A DNA stretch of 64,000 bases from Oceanispirochaeta sp. Its GTDB lineage: Bacteria; Spirochaetota; Spirochaetia; DSM-2461. The notes under the pieces are model-generated. The model saw only the letters and a program-made list of their open reading frames with translations, had not been told where the DNA came from and made no database searches. Position numbers and translations under genes: made by a program. The stretch covers positions 1,216,001 to 1,280,000 of the forward strand of contig CAXXXD010000003.1 of NCBI GenBank assembly GCA_963663385.2. The letters run 5' to 3'. Below are positions 27,599 to 36,968 of this stretch, in pieces (the stretch's first letter is position 1; each line of letters begins with the position of its first letter).

Positions 27599-28915
27599 TT
27601 GGAGCCGATTTTTGAAAGACTGGAAGAGAGGGACATTTTATCTCTGAAATGCGAGAGATCCCTTTTAATTGGAATACAGGATGAAGAGGAAAGCCTCGAA
27701 ACAGCAGAGAGTCATCTGAAGGAACTTGCCAGCCTGGCAGATACAATGGGAATCCCCGCCGTATCGACTATGCTGGTACGATTGCGCAAAGTTCATCCCC
27801 GTCATCTGGTAGGCACTGGGAAACTGGATGAAATCCGGGAAGAAGCTGAACACTGCAAGGCTGACCTCATAGTTTTCGACTATGACCTTTCCCCTTCACA
27901 GCAGAGGAATATAGAACGGGATCTGGGAATTACCGTAATTGACAGGGAAGAGGTTATTCTGGATATCTTTGCAGACAGGGCTTCTACACGGGAAGCTGTG
28001 CTTCAGGTCGCTCTGGCCCGGATGCAGTACAGTCTTCCTCGCTTAACCAGAGCATGGACTCATCTTTCCAGACAGAGGGGCGGTGCAAAAGGAACAAGAG
28101 GCAAGGGAGAAACCCAGCTTGAAAGCGACAGGCGTATGGTCCTCAGCAAGATTTCCTCCCTGAAAAAGGAATTGGCTCAAGTAAGGAAAAACAGGGAAAC
28201 CCAACGAAAGAAAAGACGGGCCCTCCCTGTTCCTACTCTCTCAATCGTCGGGTATACCAATGCGGGAAAGTCATCCATCCTGAATATGATGACTGGCGCC
28301 GATGTCCTGGCGGAGGATAAACTCTTTGCCACGCTTGATCCCACATCACGAAGAGTTCATCTGCCAGGCGGGCGGCAGATTGTAATAACCGATACGGTTG
28401 GTTTTATCCGGAAACTCCCCCATGGTTTGATTGAAGCCTTTAAATCCACCCTTGAAGAAGCCGTTTTATCTGATGCGATTATACATGTAATTGATGTCAG
28501 CAACGATGAGTGGCGGCACCATAAACAGGTTACCGAAGAGGTACTGAAAGAACTTGGTGCGGGAGATAAACCGGTTCTTCTGGTTTTTAACAAGATAGAT
28601 AAGCTTGATGATCCTGAGGGATTCCGTCATTTTCTGGATAGGGAAGAATTTCCCGTAGTTCTGATTTCTGCCCATACCGGTCAGGGTCGAGAAGAACTGG
28701 AAGAAGGGCTGAACAGAATTCTGGAAGCGGAATTGCCTGTAAAAACCTTGTTAATTCCGCCGGACAAGTGGGATATAGTTGCCTATATACGCCGAAACAG
28801 TGTTGTCGTTCATGAATCTTATGAAGAAGATGGTATTCTTCTTGAAGCTATACTTTCTGAAAAGGATCAGAGAATCCTTAAGGAATATGTCATGCCAAAA
28901 AAAAGTAATAACTAA
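27599..28915 (+). CDS. hflX: GTPase HflX
   Basis: 'LSPSQQRN', 'GKGETQLE', 'GYTNAGKS', 'LFATLD', 'DTVGF' and 'NKID' motifs. Confidence 0.97.
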   Translation: MEPIFERLEERDILSLKCERSLLIGIQDEEESLETAESHLKELASLADTMGIPAVSTMLVRLRKVHPRHLVGTGKLDEIREEAEHCKADLIVFDYDLSPSQQRNIERDLGITVIDREEVILDIFADRASTREAVLQVALARMQYSLPRLTRAWTHLSRQRGGAKGTRGKGETQLESDRRMVLSKISSLKKELAQVRKNRETQRKKRRALPVPTLSIVGYTNAGKSSILNMMTGADVLAEDKLFATLDPTSRRVHLPGGRQIVITDTVGFIRKLPHGLIEAFKSTLEEAVLSDAIIHVIDVSNDEWRHHKQVTEEVLKELGAGDKPVLLVFNKIDKLDDPEGFRHFLDREEFPVVLISAHTGQGREELEEGLNRILEAELPVKTLLIPPDKWDIVAYIRRNSVVVHESYEEDGILLEAILSEKDQRILKEYVMPKKSNN

Positions 28916-29012
28916 TCAAGATCATAATTTGATCTCAAAATCCCTGGTTGGATTATAAATAAAATGTAGCAGATTATTCTGTTCCGGGGGTTCAACACTT
29001 AAGGAGTTTAAA

Positions 29013-29468
29013 ATGAAATTGAGTAAAAATATTATTGGGGTGATGTTTCTAATACTTACCGGATCCATAATGAGTTCCTGCGTAATAACCGAAGAAAAAA
29101 ATAGTGTAAGTGTCTCAGAACGAATTGATAAATTTGAAGAAGATGTTAATAATGGGGACAATATTGAAATTCCGGAAAATTTCCATTCAGAAATAGAGAG
29201 TTCCCTTCAGACTAACTGGTATAGTATTTTTGTAAACGGACCCCTGGATAGTACCCGCACACCGGTTATTTTCTCGGAGCCTACAAGTATAACTGACAGT
29301 ATATTAACAAACGAAAAAACCGCCAGGGGGGTTATGCTAGATAAAGATGATCGTGCAGTAAATTATACAATGACTTTGAAAGAGGAAGACGAAGACGATG
29401 ATATCTGGATGATTAAATCTCTTCAGCTTGGAACACAGGATTATTTAAACGGTAATATACAAGAGTAG
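29013..29468 (+). CDS. Small acidic lipoprotein (paralog of 32497-32925)
   Basis: AAGGAG SD; lipobox 'IMSSC'; shares 'ERI..LE/FE.D.NNGD...NFH' and 'YT.T.KE...W.I.SL' with the paralog. Confidence 0.75.
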   Translation: MKLSKNIIGVMFLILTGSIMSSCVITEEKNSVSVSERIDKFEEDVNNGDNIEIPENFHSEIESSLQTNWYSIFVNGPLDSTRTPVIFSEPTSITDSILTNEKTARGVMLDKDDRAVNYTMTLKEEDEDDDIWMIKSLQLGTQDYLNGNIQE

Positions 29469-29509
29469 AAACAGGAGCCGGTTCATATAACGGGAAGAAA
29501 AACTGTCTT

Positions 29510-29650
29510 AAAACTTTATTGATTCCTCCAGGCAAGTGGGATATAGTTGCCTATATACGCAACAGTGTTGTCGTCCATGAATCTTATGAAGAGGATGGTA
29601 TTCTGCTTGAACTTATGCTTTCTGAAAAAGATCAGGGAATCCTTAAATAA
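29510..29650 (+). pseudogene. Diverged duplicate of the hflX 3' end (direct repeat of 28742-28885)
   Basis: Encodes KTLLIPPGKWDIVAYIR-NSVVVHESYEEDGILLELMLSEKDQGILK*, against HflX KTLLIPPDKWDIVAYIRRNSVVVHESYEEDGILLEAILSEKDQRILKE. Confidence 0.92.
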
Positions 29651-29714
29651 TCTATCCATACGAAACACGATTGAAAAAATCATAAAATTCTCCGGTTCTG
29701 TCGATAATGGCAAT

Positions 29715-30965
29715 ATGAAGTCTTTCAATGTAAAACGACCCTCCGAGAGAACCTCCATTTTCTTGACATCTCTACTTGTTTTTTCTCTTCTATTTCTTCT
29801 TTTTAATCCCAAAAGTACGAAACTGACAGCTGCAGGCCCTGAAAAACCTGTGAGGGCTAAAGAAACGGACAATCAGACGGTCGCAGAACCGGTAAAACTG
29901 GAGAGAATCAGCACAGAACTTAAAAGGGGAGGGACCCTTCAGAATTTGCTGTTGAATGCGGGAATATCCCTTAATGAAACCAACGGAATAATTTCAGCAC
30001 TGGCTCCTTTAATGGATCTGACCCGTTTGAAATCCGGACAGAAATTTGATATTTTTTTTGATGACAAGTATGTGCATAAAATTGTTATTCCGGCTTCTAT
30101 CGATAAGGATATTCAAATTGAAAAAGTAGATGATCAGAGTTTCAAGGCTGAGGAGATTTTGAAAGAGCTGATTGTTTATCCCATGAAGAAAAGCTCCGTT
30201 GTTGAATCCAGTTTATATGGCAGTGCGGTGGCAGCCGGAATACCCGATGCCATAATTATGGATCTAATTATGCTTTATTCCTTTGATGTGGATTTCCAGC
30301 GGGATATCCAGCCGGGTGATGAACTGAGTGCCGTTTTTGAACTGGTCTATGACGAAAGTGGTAAAATTGTGGATACCGGGATTATCCTGAATGCGGAACT
30401 GAAGACCGATGGTAGGGAAATAAAAATATTCCGTTACACATCTGCTGACGGTAAAACCGATTATTACAATGAGCAGGGGCATACAGTTAGAAAATCCCTT
30501 CTCAAGACCCCTATCAATGGAGCCTATATTACATCCAATTACGGCATGAGGACTAATCCCTTTTCCGGATACAACACCATGCACAAGGGGGTTGATTTCG
30601 GTGCTCCCAGAGGAACAGCTATAAAAGCATCCGGGGATGGTACCGTTGTAGCCGCCGGTTACAATGATGTCTATGGTAATTATATCAAAATCCGCCATGT
30701 AAACCATTATGAAACTCTCTATGCCCATCAGACATCTTTTGCCCGGGGAATAAAAAGAGGAACAAAGGTCGAACAGGGACAGGTTATAGGGTATGTGGGA
30801 TCGACAGGAATGTCTACAGGACCGCATCTCCACTACGAGGTTCGCTACTATGGTAAACAGGTCAATCCTTCCACAGTTAAATTCCCGCCGGGAAGAACCC
30901 TTAATGGAGATGATCTTAGACTGTATTCCAATCAGATTCAGAGTTTTCAATCCTCTTTTTACTGA
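29715..30965 (+). CDS. M23-family peptidoglycan DD-endopeptidase (MepM-like)
   Basis: N-terminal TM segment; 'VDFQRDIQPGD', 'HKGVD' (HxxxD), 'YAH' and 'STGPHLHYEV' motifs. The track's extension to 29547 runs through the hflX duplicate and is spurious. Confidence 0.92.
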   Translation: MKSFNVKRPSERTSIFLTSLLVFSLLFLLFNPKSTKLTAAGPEKPVRAKETDNQTVAEPVKLERISTELKRGGTLQNLLLNAGISLNETNGIISALAPLMDLTRLKSGQKFDIFFDDKYVHKIVIPASIDKDIQIEKVDDQSFKAEEILKELIVYPMKKSSVVESSLYGSAVAAGIPDAIIMDLIMLYSFDVDFQRDIQPGDELSAVFELVYDESGKIVDTGIILNAELKTDGREIKIFRYTSADGKTDYYNEQGHTVRKSLLKTPINGAYITSNYGMRTNPFSGYNTMHKGVDFGAPRGTAIKASGDGTVVAAGYNDVYGNYIKIRHVNHYETLYAHQTSFARGIKRGTKVEQGQVIGYVGSTGMSTGPHLHYEVRYYGKQVNPSTVKFPPGRTLNGDDLRLYSNQIQSFQSSFY

Positions 30966-30971
30966 ACTTAA

Positions 30972-31000
30972 TTGTAAATACCAGCTCACAGCGATATAAT
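30972..31000 (+). promoter_or_regulatory. Sigma-70 promoter, probably giving a leaderless mRNA
   Basis: TTGTAA-N17-TATAAT, 7 nt before the ATG at 31008, with no SD. Confidence 0.75.
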
Positions 31001-31007
31001 TGTATTC

Positions 31008-31469
31008 ATGAAAATATTATTGAGATTTTTGGTTTTACTGACAGTGGCAGGTGTTTTTTTCTCCTGTTCGACCCTTGGGGCAGGTTATTATGAAGATTCC
31101 GGCCTGATTATAGCCAACCAGCTTAATAAGGGGATGCATGAGAGTCTCACGACTGACTCTGATTATCCTTTTGTATTCGAGCAGGAAATCCTGGCTTCCG
31201 GTTCACAGGTAAAGTCGCTTTGGGAAGGACTTGTTAAAGCCGGTTACTATGTAGAAAACCCTTCCGTTGCATTGAATCAGCCCGTCACAGATAAGGATTT
31301 TCAGCTTTTCGCCCAATCATGGGAAATCAAATCCTATTTTGAAAAATATATTTCCAATGAAGATAGACTTCTTCTTATCGAGGGAGACAATACCTCGTTC
31401 TATCTGATTCTGAGAAGAAATAAAAAAGATTCTTACAGGATTATCGGATGGAAGGAGGTTTCAAAATGA
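31008..31469 (+). CDS. Putative lipoprotein
   Basis: Lipobox 'FFSC'; translationally coupled (ATGA) to the FecR-domain gene. Confidence 0.75.
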   Translation: MKILLRFLVLLTVAGVFFSCSTLGAGYYEDSGLIIANQLNKGMHESLTTDSDYPFVFEQEILASGSQVKSLWEGLVKAGYYVENPSVALNQPVTDKDFQLFAQSWEIKSYFEKYISNEDRLLLIEGDNTSFYLILRRNKKDSYRIIGWKEVSK

Positions 31470-32476
31470 AGAAAGCAGTATTGACCTTTTCTATTCTGAT
31501 AGCAGCAGGACTTCCCCTTCTGGCATTGAATGGTGAGATTGTTTTTGTGGAAGGTTCTGTAGACCTTAAAACGGCACAGGGTGACCTGGAGTGGGCCGAT
31601 ATCGGGATGCCTGTAGAAACCGGAGACAGTATCATTACCGGGTATGACGGGTATGCGGAACTAGAAATGGAAGACGGCTCAACTGTAAAAGTCAGTGAAG
31701 ATTCTATTTTTGCTCTTTCCTCCTTTGAACAGAAGGGGAAAGAGGAGAATACTTTTCAGTGTGTACTGGGTTCTGTCCAGTATAAATTTACAAAAGCCAT
31801 GAAGGATAACGAACCCCGGATAACCACTCCATCCACTGTTTGCGGAATCCGCGGTACAGAGTTTACTGTTTTTTCCGGATTGGACGGCTCTGCCGTTTAT
31901 GTGGTGGATAACGGCAGCGTTTCAGTGAGCGCTGAGGGAGAAGAGGTTATTCTGGAAGCCCTGCAGGGGGTAGAAGTTGCTCCCGGATCTGTCCCGGGGG
32001 AAGTTTTTCCTGTATTGCGGGGAAAAATTGATTTCAGTCAGATTAAAAAGGATGCGGAAAAACGCTTTCTGGATTCTCCCGTAACCTCCATGAAAGTTAT
32101 GACCAGACAGCTGGAGGAGTATATACAGGAGATTGAGTACTATGAACAGGAATCTTTGAATGTTTCCAATCAACTTGACAGATTAAGAGAGGAACTTTTT
32201 AAACTTGATGGTGATGCCAAAACAGAATTCTATAATGAAAAAGTAGCGCCCCTGGATGTTCAGGAAAGCTATCTGAAACTGAATACTCGCTATTATGCCA
32301 TTTCTGCTTTATCCTTAAGAAGACATGTGGTGGGAATGATGTATGTTAATATAAGAACTACTTATGTTATGGATCAGCATAATTCTGTATATCTTGAGTT
32401 TATGAAAGAGTATGAAAATTTCCTTGCTGTTTTTGAAGGGAAACTGGTACCGTTTCTTGTTAAAGCCGATATCTGA
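31466..32476 (+). CDS. Secreted FecR-domain protein with a C-terminal helical region
   Basis: Signal peptide; 'GDSIITG.DGYAEL...DGSTVKV' and 'TPSTVCGIRGTEF' FecR motifs; ATG at 31466 with a GGAGG SD. Confidence 0.85.
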   Translation: MKKAVLTFSILIAAGLPLLALNGEIVFVEGSVDLKTAQGDLEWADIGMPVETGDSIITGYDGYAELEMEDGSTVKVSEDSIFALSSFEQKGKEENTFQCVLGSVQYKFTKAMKDNEPRITTPSTVCGIRGTEFTVFSGLDGSAVYVVDNGSVSVSAEGEEVILEALQGVEVAPGSVPGEVFPVLRGKIDFSQIKKDAEKRFLDSPVTSMKVMTRQLEEYIQEIEYYEQESLNVSNQLDRLREELFKLDGDAKTEFYNEKVAPLDVQESYLKLNTRYYAISALSLRRHVVGMMYVNIRTTYVMDQHNSVYLEFMKEYENFLAVFEGKLVPFLVKADI

Positions 32477-32496
32477 AATCAAACTAGGAGTTTTAT

Positions 32497-32925
32497 GTGA
32501 AAAAGATTAATATTATTGTTTTACTGGTTTTACTGTGCGGATTTATGTTTGTTTTTACATCCTGTGAGGAAGAAATCGACGAGGTAACCATTCCGGAAAG
32601 GATCTCCGAGCTTGAGACGGATCTTAATAACGGTGATTACGGAAGCGTCTATCTGAATTTTCATCCGGATATGCCTTCCTATGATTCCTATAAGAGTGAA
32701 AGTGTCATTAACGTAGGTTTTCTATCAGATGTTTATGCACCATTTAATTTTGGTACACCTACAGTTCTGGGAAGTAGTGCTTCAGGTACGTTTTCCCACA
32801 GTCTGGGGGGAACTGGAACTTATACAGCTACTATGAAAGAGGATGGCTCTGATAACTGGAAGATCTTATCCTTATCAATTACAATAGGAACAAGTACTTC
32901 AACATATGCTGGGAAATCTAAATAA
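32497..32925 (+). CDS. Small lipoprotein (paralog of 29013-29468)
   Basis: GTG start with an AGGAG SD; lipobox 'FTSC'. Confidence 0.75.
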   Translation: MKKINIIVLLVLLCGFMFVFTSCEEEIDEVTIPERISELETDLNNGDYGSVYLNFHPDMPSYDSYKSESVINVGFLSDVYAPFNFGTPTVLGSSASGTFSHSLGGTGTYTATMKEDGSDNWKILSLSITIGTSTSTYAGKSK

Positions 32926-32946
32926 ATAGATAGTTTTTCATACAAA

Positions 32947-32973
32947 GCCGTCTGGCAACAGGCGGCATTTTTT
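32947..32973 (+). terminator. Intrinsic terminator
   Basis: GCCGTCTG-GCAA-CAGGCGGC followed by a T-run. Confidence 0.8.
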
Positions 32974-33063
32974 ATATCCAATATCCTTTTAATCCGTACT
33001 GAAACACTGGTAATTCCCCTGCAATCATGTTAATCTTTGCTTCCCTTAAAAGGAAGGTCAAAG

Positions 33064-33696
33064 ATGGATATTGAAATACTGCCGGCAGGCCCCATACAGA
33101 CAAACTCGTACCTGGTAATGAGTAAAGCAACTAATAAAGCCTTTGTTATTGATGCCGGCCCTGAATCCTACGAACTGGTTATTGAAGAGGCGGAAAAAAA
33201 CGGAGTTGAAATTGAAGCTGTAATTATTACTCATCCCCACTGGGATCATATTCTGGATATACACTATTTTGTAAAAGATGGTATCCCCATTTACGCCCAT
33301 AAATCGGCAGTGAATCTGATAGAGGATCCCTCTATTCAGGAATCCATGGCCATTCCCGGAATGGATTTTACCCCCGGGAAGGTTGATACTTTAATTGGCC
33401 ACAATGAGCGGCTTACCATTGCCGGAATAGAAATAGAGATACGCAATACTCCTGGTCACTGCCCGGGAAGTGTTATTATCAACTGTCCCGCATCCCTCTG
33501 TTGTTTCACCGGAGATGTAATTTTCGACGGATCAGTCGGCAGAACCGATCTGCCCGGCGGGAATATGAATTCATTGATGGAAAGTATCCGTGAACAGGTT
33601 TATACCCTGCCTGATGAAACGATTCTGTATCCGGGGCACGGTTCCTCCACTCTGGTGGGCAAGGAGAAGATCAGTAATCCTTTTGTTAAAGCCTAG
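33064..33696 (+). CDS. MBL-fold metallohydrolase (glyoxalase II / GloC-like)
   Basis: 'THPHWDH', 'TPGHCPG', 'FTGD', 'GRTDL' and 'YPGHG' motifs; ATG at 33064 with an AAGGAAGG SD. Confidence 0.92.
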   Translation: MDIEILPAGPIQTNSYLVMSKATNKAFVIDAGPESYELVIEEAEKNGVEIEAVIITHPHWDHILDIHYFVKDGIPIYAHKSAVNLIEDPSIQESMAIPGMDFTPGKVDTLIGHNERLTIAGIEIEIRNTPGHCPGSVIINCPASLCCFTGDVIFDGSVGRTDLPGGNMNSLMESIREQVYTLPDETILYPGHGSSTLVGKEKISNPFVKA

Positions 33697-33705
33697 GAGA
33701 AACAT

Positions 33706-34626
33706 ATGCCTGTAAAAATTCCTGATAAGCTGCCCGCAACGGAAATCCTGACAAATGAGAATGTTTTTGTTATGACAGAGACTCGGGCTGTTCATCAGGA
33801 TATCCGACCTCTGAAAATTCTTATTCTGAATTTAATGCCTCTTAAGATTAATACTGAAGTCCATCTGTTGAGACTTCTGGCCAACAGCCCCCTGCAGGTG
33901 GAAGTGGATTTTATGCAGCCTGTTACACATACATCCCGCAATACACCTCGGGAACATTTAAAAGTATTCTACAAAACGTTCAATGGTGTAAAACATAAAA
34001 AGTATGATGGAATGATCATTACAGGCGCTCCTGTGGAAACCATGGAATTCGAAGATGTTGATTACTGGAGCGAGATCCGAGAGATTCTTGACTGGTCAAG
34101 ACACAGTGTTACCTCAACCTTGCATATCTGCTGGGCTGCACAGGCTGGACTTTACTACCATTACGGCGTTAAAAAACATCCCATAGAAAAGAAGATGTCC
34201 GGAGTTTTCATTCATACGGTTAACGACAGAAAAGTACCGCTGGTAAGAGGATTTGATGACAACTTTCTTGCCCCTCACTCGAGGCATACAGAGGTAAGAC
34301 GACAGGATATTGAGCATATAGAAGGGCTGGAAATTATATCGGAATCGGAAGAAGCAGGAATCTATATTGTAATGGATCAGAAAAGGAAACTTATCTTTGT
34401 TACAGGCCATTCGGAATATGACCCGCATACACTGAAAGAAGAGTATGAGAGAGACCTGGAAAAAGGTCTGAACCCGGTTGTTCCGAAAAACTATTTTCCC
34501 GGTGATGATCCATCAAAGGAACCCGATGTCAGCTGGCGCAGCCATGCAAACCTGCTCTTCTCCAACTGGTTAAACTATTATGTCTACCAGGAGACTCCCT
34601 ACGATATAAACAATATCAGTGGCTGA
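33706..34626 (+). CDS. metA: Homoserine O-acyltransferase MetA (probably the acetyltransferase form)
   Basis: 'QDIRPL', 'ILNLMP', 'ITGAPVE', 'HICWAAQ', 'PHSRH' and 'GHSEY' motifs. Confidence 0.96.
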   Translation: MPVKIPDKLPATEILTNENVFVMTETRAVHQDIRPLKILILNLMPLKINTEVHLLRLLANSPLQVEVDFMQPVTHTSRNTPREHLKVFYKTFNGVKHKKYDGMIITGAPVETMEFEDVDYWSEIREILDWSRHSVTSTLHICWAAQAGLYYHYGVKKHPIEKKMSGVFIHTVNDRKVPLVRGFDDNFLAPHSRHTEVRRQDIEHIEGLEIISESEEAGIYIVMDQKRKLIFVTGHSEYDPHTLKEEYERDLEKGLNPVVPKNYFPGDDPSKEPDVSWRSHANLLFSNWLNYYVYQETPYDINNISG

Positions 34627-36964
34627 GCCTTTGTCTTTTTCTGGCAGATCTGATTTCTCCTGATTCTCTCTTGCAGTAATATTTCAGATAATAGAGAGAC
34701 AGGAGAATTTCTGTTGATGTAAAGGGCAGACCGGAATTGCCCTTATTCTGTTCAAATCTCTGAACAAGATAAAAACCCAGATATAAAAAAGAGTCCTGCT
34801 CCTTCAGATACTCCGGAACGGAACTGTCTGTATATTCTGTTTCAGTAAGCTCCAGCTTTCTGGAAATCAGGTTCAGAATAATTGTATAGATATAGGTAAA
34901 GCATTCTGAATAATCTTTTTTTTCATAGGACTCTTCAAGAGCGGGCATACTTTCACAAAGGATATGATTGATAAAACCGGAATCAAGGATTTCCAGCTTT
35001 TTCAAACCGTTCCTGACATCCTGAAAAAGGTCATTTATAGCTTTTTCTCTTTTTACAGAAGTACCGGTAATACAACGGTAAAATTCTCCCGGTTTCCCAA
35101 TAAGATTTCCCAGTGAGATACTGAGCTGTTTCTGAAGAACACGATTAGATGTCTGTTCCCACAGATCAATCACTTCTTCGACAGCATCCAGTCGTCCATG
35201 TGCAACAATACTTTGCGCTCCAGTGACTTTAACTCTTTCTGAACGATCCTCTTTTATTAATTGTTTTAATACCTTTACAGAATCCTCAGAGTAAATGGTC
35301 CCCAATGCTCTGGCTGATTCTTCCTGAAGCTCCTCATCACCATTGTAAAGGGCATCGACCAGTGGAGGAATTGCCGTACAATCCCCCATCATACCCAGTG
35401 CTTTTGCCGCTTCCGGTCTAACCAGTGAATCCAGGGAATTAAGCTGCTGGATCAGAACTTCTCTTGCGGATTCCGTACCGATGCGTCCCATCGCCAGTAC
35501 GGCTTCCTCTCGAACAGTCTGATCCGGATCATCCATACGGTTGCTTACTTCATCAAAGGCTAACTGCCCTGTTATTTTTTTTACTTCCTTTAGTGCTTTA
35601 TGAACTCTTTCAGGCTTCTTTGTACTGGAAAGGATGGGGAGCTGATAAAAAGTTCTGTATGTAGATGGGGCAGTAATCATATTAATGACATTTTCAAAAG
35701 AGCTTTCCCTGGCGGTTTTGACAGTTGTAAAAATAATAAAACTCAGTCCAAGGAATATCAGGGCTGTAATAGTAGTAACTTCAATACTGCCGCTTTTTTC
35801 CATAATAATACCGCCAAGTAAAGGACCCAGAGAACCGACTAATCCCATTAAGGCCCAGAACCAGGCAATGTAGGGCGTCTTCTTACCATCCGGAGCCAAT
35901 ACAAGCATCATCTGGTTGATCCCCTCCCAGAATGCCGGCGCAAACATTCCGTTCCATAGAGAAATGAAAGGCAAAAGCAGCCAGTAATTGGAAGAGTCCA
36001 GGAATAAGTACAGGATGAAGCTGACAGGATAAAGGAGCCCTAGAAGCACCACCGGCTTTTTTCCCATTCTATCCATAACAAAGCCCCAGAAGGGAACAAC
36101 AAGAACCCAGGCCAGCTGAGAGATGATGTACATGATTCCCAGCCAGATATTAGGTGCTCCTATACTGTTTTTATCAGTGATATAAGGGGCCTGAAAAGGA
36201 ACAATAATATTTATGGATAAAACACTGAAACCTGTTATTAAAGCAAATTTCAGAAAATTCCTGTCTTTTAAGGGTGTGAGCAGTTTTGAGTAATTAAAAG
36301 GCTCTTTTTCATGGGCGTTTTCCGGTTCGGGAACAAACAGATGCATAAGAATATCCAGTTCGCCCAGAATCCCGGCAGCAAGATATATCAGAGTGTAAAC
36401 AAGAAAAACCTGCTGGTTAAAATAGTCCAGCAGCCAGGTTGCCGAGTAAAAGAATACTATGTTCATCATTTGAGCGATTGAAGATCGTCTGCCGAAATAA
36501 GCGGCTCTTTCATTTTCCGGGGTCAGGGAGGCTATCCAGGTCCACCAGCCGGATCCTGCCATATTCCCTATCATGAAACTGAAAATAAATGAAGAGGCCA
36601 TTACGACCCATAATGCCAGAGTTGTATTTCCCCCTTTATAAACATAGAACGCCGCGGCAGAAATAAAAAAGGCGGAACTTCTGGATAATAACCCATAGCA
36701 GATCCAGGCAGTTTTTATTCTTTTTGTAAATGAGTAGAGGATAATGGCTCCCAGATGAAAAAATCCGGCCAGATTTAATAATGCAACAAAGTTTCCCAGT
36801 TGAATATCTGTCGCATTAAGGTAGTTCCGTACAAAAACGGTCAGGATTTGCTGAGGCTGGCATAGGATAAACCATACAGCGCCGAAAGTTCCTCCTATAA
36901 GGGAATACTTGAGAGATCTCTCAATTCTGGACGATGTAATAGGTTTTCCGGCGGTATCGAGCAT
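34616..36964 (-). CDS. MFS transporter fused to C-terminal HEAT repeats
   Basis: About 12 TM segments in the first ~415 aa with '[10 protein letters not shown]' (MFS motif A), then PBS-lyase-type HEAT repeats ('[10 protein letters not shown]', '[10 protein letters not shown]', 'ESARALG'). Confidence 0.85.
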   Translation of the reverse strand: MLDTAGKPITSSRIERSLKYSLIGGTFGAVWFILCQPQQILTVFVRNYLNATDIQLGNFVALLNLAGFFHLGAIILYSFTKRIKTAWICYGLLSRSSAFFISAAAFYVYKGGNTTLALWVVMASSFIFSFMIGNMAGSGWWTWIASLTPENERAAYFGRRSSIAQMMNIVFFYSATWLLDYFNQQVFLVYTLIYLAAGILGELDILMHLFVPEPENAHEKEPFNYSKLLTPLKDRNFLKFALITGFSVLSINIIVPFQAPYITDKNSIGAPNIWLGIMYIISQLAWVLVVPFWGFVMDRMGKKPVVLLGLLYPVSFILYLFLDSSNYWLLLPFISLWNGMFAPAFWEGINQMMLVLAPDGKKTPYIAWFWALMGLVGSLGPLLGGIIMEKSGSIEVTTITALIFLGLSFIIFTTVKTARESSFENVINMITAPSTYRTFYQLPILSSTKKPERVHKALKEVKKITGQLAFDEVSNRMDDPDQTVREEAVLAMGRIGTESAREVLIQQLNSLDSLVRPEAAKALGMMGDCTAIPPLVDALYNGDEELQEESARALGTIYSEDSVKVLKQLIKEDRSERVKVTGAQSIVAHGRLDAVEEVIDLWEQTSNRVLQKQLSISLGNLIGKPGEFYRCITGTSVKREKAINDLFQDVRNGLKKLEILDSGFINHILCESMPALEESYEKKDYSECFTYIYTIILNLISRKLELTETEYTDSSVPEYLKEQDSFLYLGFYLVQRFEQNKGNSGLPFTSTEILLSLYYLKYYCKRESGEIRSARKRQRLSH

Positions 36965-36968
36965 TCAT

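Noticed and set aside
29547..29714. N-terminal extension of the M23 ORF
   Set aside because: An out-of-frame reading of the hflX duplicate; the likely start is the ATG at 29715, before the TM segment.
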